38,498 bases of DNA from Terriglobales bacterium (GTDB taxonomy: Bacteria; Acidobacteriota; Terriglobia; Terriglobales; SCQP01): assembly GCA_050745525.1 (NCBI GenBank), contig JBOGKL010000441.1:1-38498 (forward strand), written 5' to 3'. The notes under the pieces were generated by a model. The model saw nothing but the letters and a program-made list of their open reading frames with translations, was not told the origin of the DNA and ran no database searches. A program made the translations under genes and the position numbers. Below, piece by piece: positions 37,172-38,498 of the stretch; the stretch's first letter is position 1; every line of letters begins with the position of its first letter.

Positions 37172-38428
37172 CTAAAACTGCTCCAGGTCCGGCACCTTGC
37201 GAAAGGCGATGCCCCGCCGCGCCGCCGTCTTCGCCCCCTGCAAGCTGGCCGGATACAGCGTGTTGGCCCCGTAGCGCCGGTTCACCGCGTCCATCGCCTC
37301 GGTGGCCCGCGCCGACTGCGCCGGGACATCGAAAAGCCCGCGCGTGAGCTGGTTCGCCTCGGCCACATCGGCCAGCCACACCGCCACCGTCAGCGGCGCC
37401 CCCTCAGGGCAGCTCTCCCACAGCTTCGCCAGTGTCTGCTGCAGCAGAAAGCTGTCCCGGCAGTCGTCCAGCCGCCGCTCCCTCCTCCACGCCGCCCCTT
37501 GCCCCAAAAACTGCACGCTCACCCCCAGTCCCCGCGCCCACAACTGCTGCCGCCGCAACTCCGCCGCGGCCGAGTCCAGCAGCTTGCGCGCCACCGCCAG
37601 CGCGTCCGGGCGATGGCGCAACTCGGGCGGCAGCACGTGCTGACGTCCCAGCGAGTGCCGTCCTGAGGACGGCGCCTCGAAGTCCTCGCCCCGCAGCCAG
37701 TGCCACATCCGCTCTCCCCACACCCCGCCCCACAGCGCCCGCATCCGCGTCCGGTCGAAGGCGCACAGTTGTTCCACCGTCTCCACGCCCTGCGCCCGCA
37801 GCCGTGCCCCCGTGCGCGGCCCCACGCCGGGCAGATCGTTCAGCCCCAGCCCGTAGAGCGCCTGCGGCAGTTGTTCCCGCAGCAGCACCGTCAACCCGTC
37901 GGGCTTGTGCATATCCGAGGCCACCTTCGCCAGGTAACGGTTCGGCGCGAGGCCAATCGAGCACGTCAGCGTCTCGCCCACCCCCCGCACCGCCTGCTTC
38001 ACCGCCGCCGCCAGCCCGCGCGCGTTTGCCGGCTGGCGCTCGCGCCCCATCAGCCGGCACGCCGCTTCGTCAATGGATTGCACCTCGGTGATCGGCACCA
38101 CCCGTTCCACCGCCTCCACGATCCACCGGTGATATTCGACGTAGAGCTTGGGCCGCGCCAGCACCAGCTTCAGTTGCGGACACAGCCGCTGTGCCTCATG
38201 CACCTTGACCCCGGTCTTCACGCCGAACGGCTTGGCCTGGTAGCTGGCCGCGATGCACACCGTGTTCGGCGTCATGACCTGCACCACCGCCACCGGCTGC
38301 CCCCGCAGCTCGGGCCGCTCCTGCTGCTCGACCGAGGCGAAATAGGCGTTCAGGTCCACGAACAGCCAGCTCACTTCGCCCGAGCCAGAAACAGCGGCGG
38401 CCATGGGTGTTTCTCCCATGGCCGCCAT
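37172..38428 (-). CDS. Y-family DNA polymerase (UmuC/DinB-like)
   Basis: LFVDLNAYFASVEQ (UmuC-like D-x-N variant of the first catalytic motif), SIDEA (catalytic Asp-Glu), and LPGVGPRTGARL helix-hairpin-helix. The start is ambiguous: ATG 38428, 38419 or 38404. Confidence 0.85.
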   Translation of the reverse strand: MAAMGETPMAAAVSGSGEVSWLFVDLNAYFASVEQQERPELRGQPVAVVQVMTPNTVCIAASYQAKPFGVKTGVKVHEAQRLCPQLKLVLARPKLYVEYHRWIVEAVERVVPITEVQSIDEAACRLMGRERQPANARGLAAAVKQAVRGVGETLTCSIGLAPNRYLAKVASDMHKPDGLTVLLREQLPQALYGLGLNDLPGVGPRTGARLRAQGVETVEQLCAFDRTRMRALWGGVWGERMWHWLRGEDFEAPSSGRHSLGRQHVLPPELRHRPDALAVARKLLDSAAAELRRQQLWARGLGVSVQFLGQGAAWRRERRLDDCRDSFLLQQTLAKLWESCPEGAPLTVAVWLADVAEANQLTRGLFDVPAQSARATEAMDAVNRRYGANTLYPASLQGAKTAARRGIAFRKVPDLEQF

Positions 38429-38498
38429 TGTACGCTCAACACGAAGAGAAAGCGAAGCTAATGTGCCTCGTGAATATAAATGTCGCCGTTGAAGTTCT

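Noticed and set aside
38429-38498. LexA/SOS box upstream of the Y-family polymerase
   Set aside because: GTGTTGAGCGTACAA gives TGT-N7-ACA, one base short of the CTGT-N8-ACAG spacing. No GAAC-N4-GTTC or GTTC-N7-GTTC is present. Only 70 nt of upstream sequence is available.

Overview
38.5-kb high-GC, densely coding chromosomal segment with about 35 CDS. I found no rRNA, tRNA, CRISPR array, transposase or integrase. The protein repertoire (PSCyt1-type cytochrome c domain, Asp-box propellers, glycine-zipper proteins) suggests an Acidobacteriota-like soil bacterium; this is inference only. Layout: (1) 1-13 kb holds mostly secreted or envelope proteins: a two-gene operon ending in a heme-c/PHM-like copper monooxygenase fusion, folP-rpsA, a CrtI-like flavoprotein plus Ig-like secreted protein, a ~980-aa Asp-box double propeller, and a 616-aa Cys-rich unknown. 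(2) 13-20 kb holds a complete trans-4-hydroxy-L-proline catabolic regulon: a GntR regulator, the aldehyde dehydrogenase and DHDPS-like deaminase, and divergently the epimerase, FAD dehydrogenase and a fused 2Fe-2S/flavoprotein subunit. The AT-rich divergent promoter carries four tandem 25-nt repeats that run into the TTG start codon. (3) 20-22 kb is a 2-kb toxin-antitoxin islet (hepT-mntA, a decayed small-protein/nucleotidyltransferase cassette, vapBC) lying against gyrB. (4) 22-30 kb is a replication/partition neighbourhood: aroF, a small membrane ORF, a lolA-like gene, dnaN and gyrB on the minus strand, with no dnaA or recF, facing rsmG-parS-parA-parB on the plus strand. (5) 30-38.5 kb holds a TPR-thioredoxin protein, an AIM24-like protein, a frameshifted porin-like gene, a second CrtI-like flavoprotein, an APC permease and a Y-family polymerase. 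Many very long ORFs in the track (up to 924 aa) are antisense artefacts typical of high-GC DNA. No clearly novel multi-gene system is evident. The best second-look candidates are the heme-c/copper monooxygenase operon, the tandem-repeat leader of the hydroxyproline operon, the fused dehydrogenase subunit and the TA islet with its gene remnant. All homology statements come from motif recognition by eye, not from searches.
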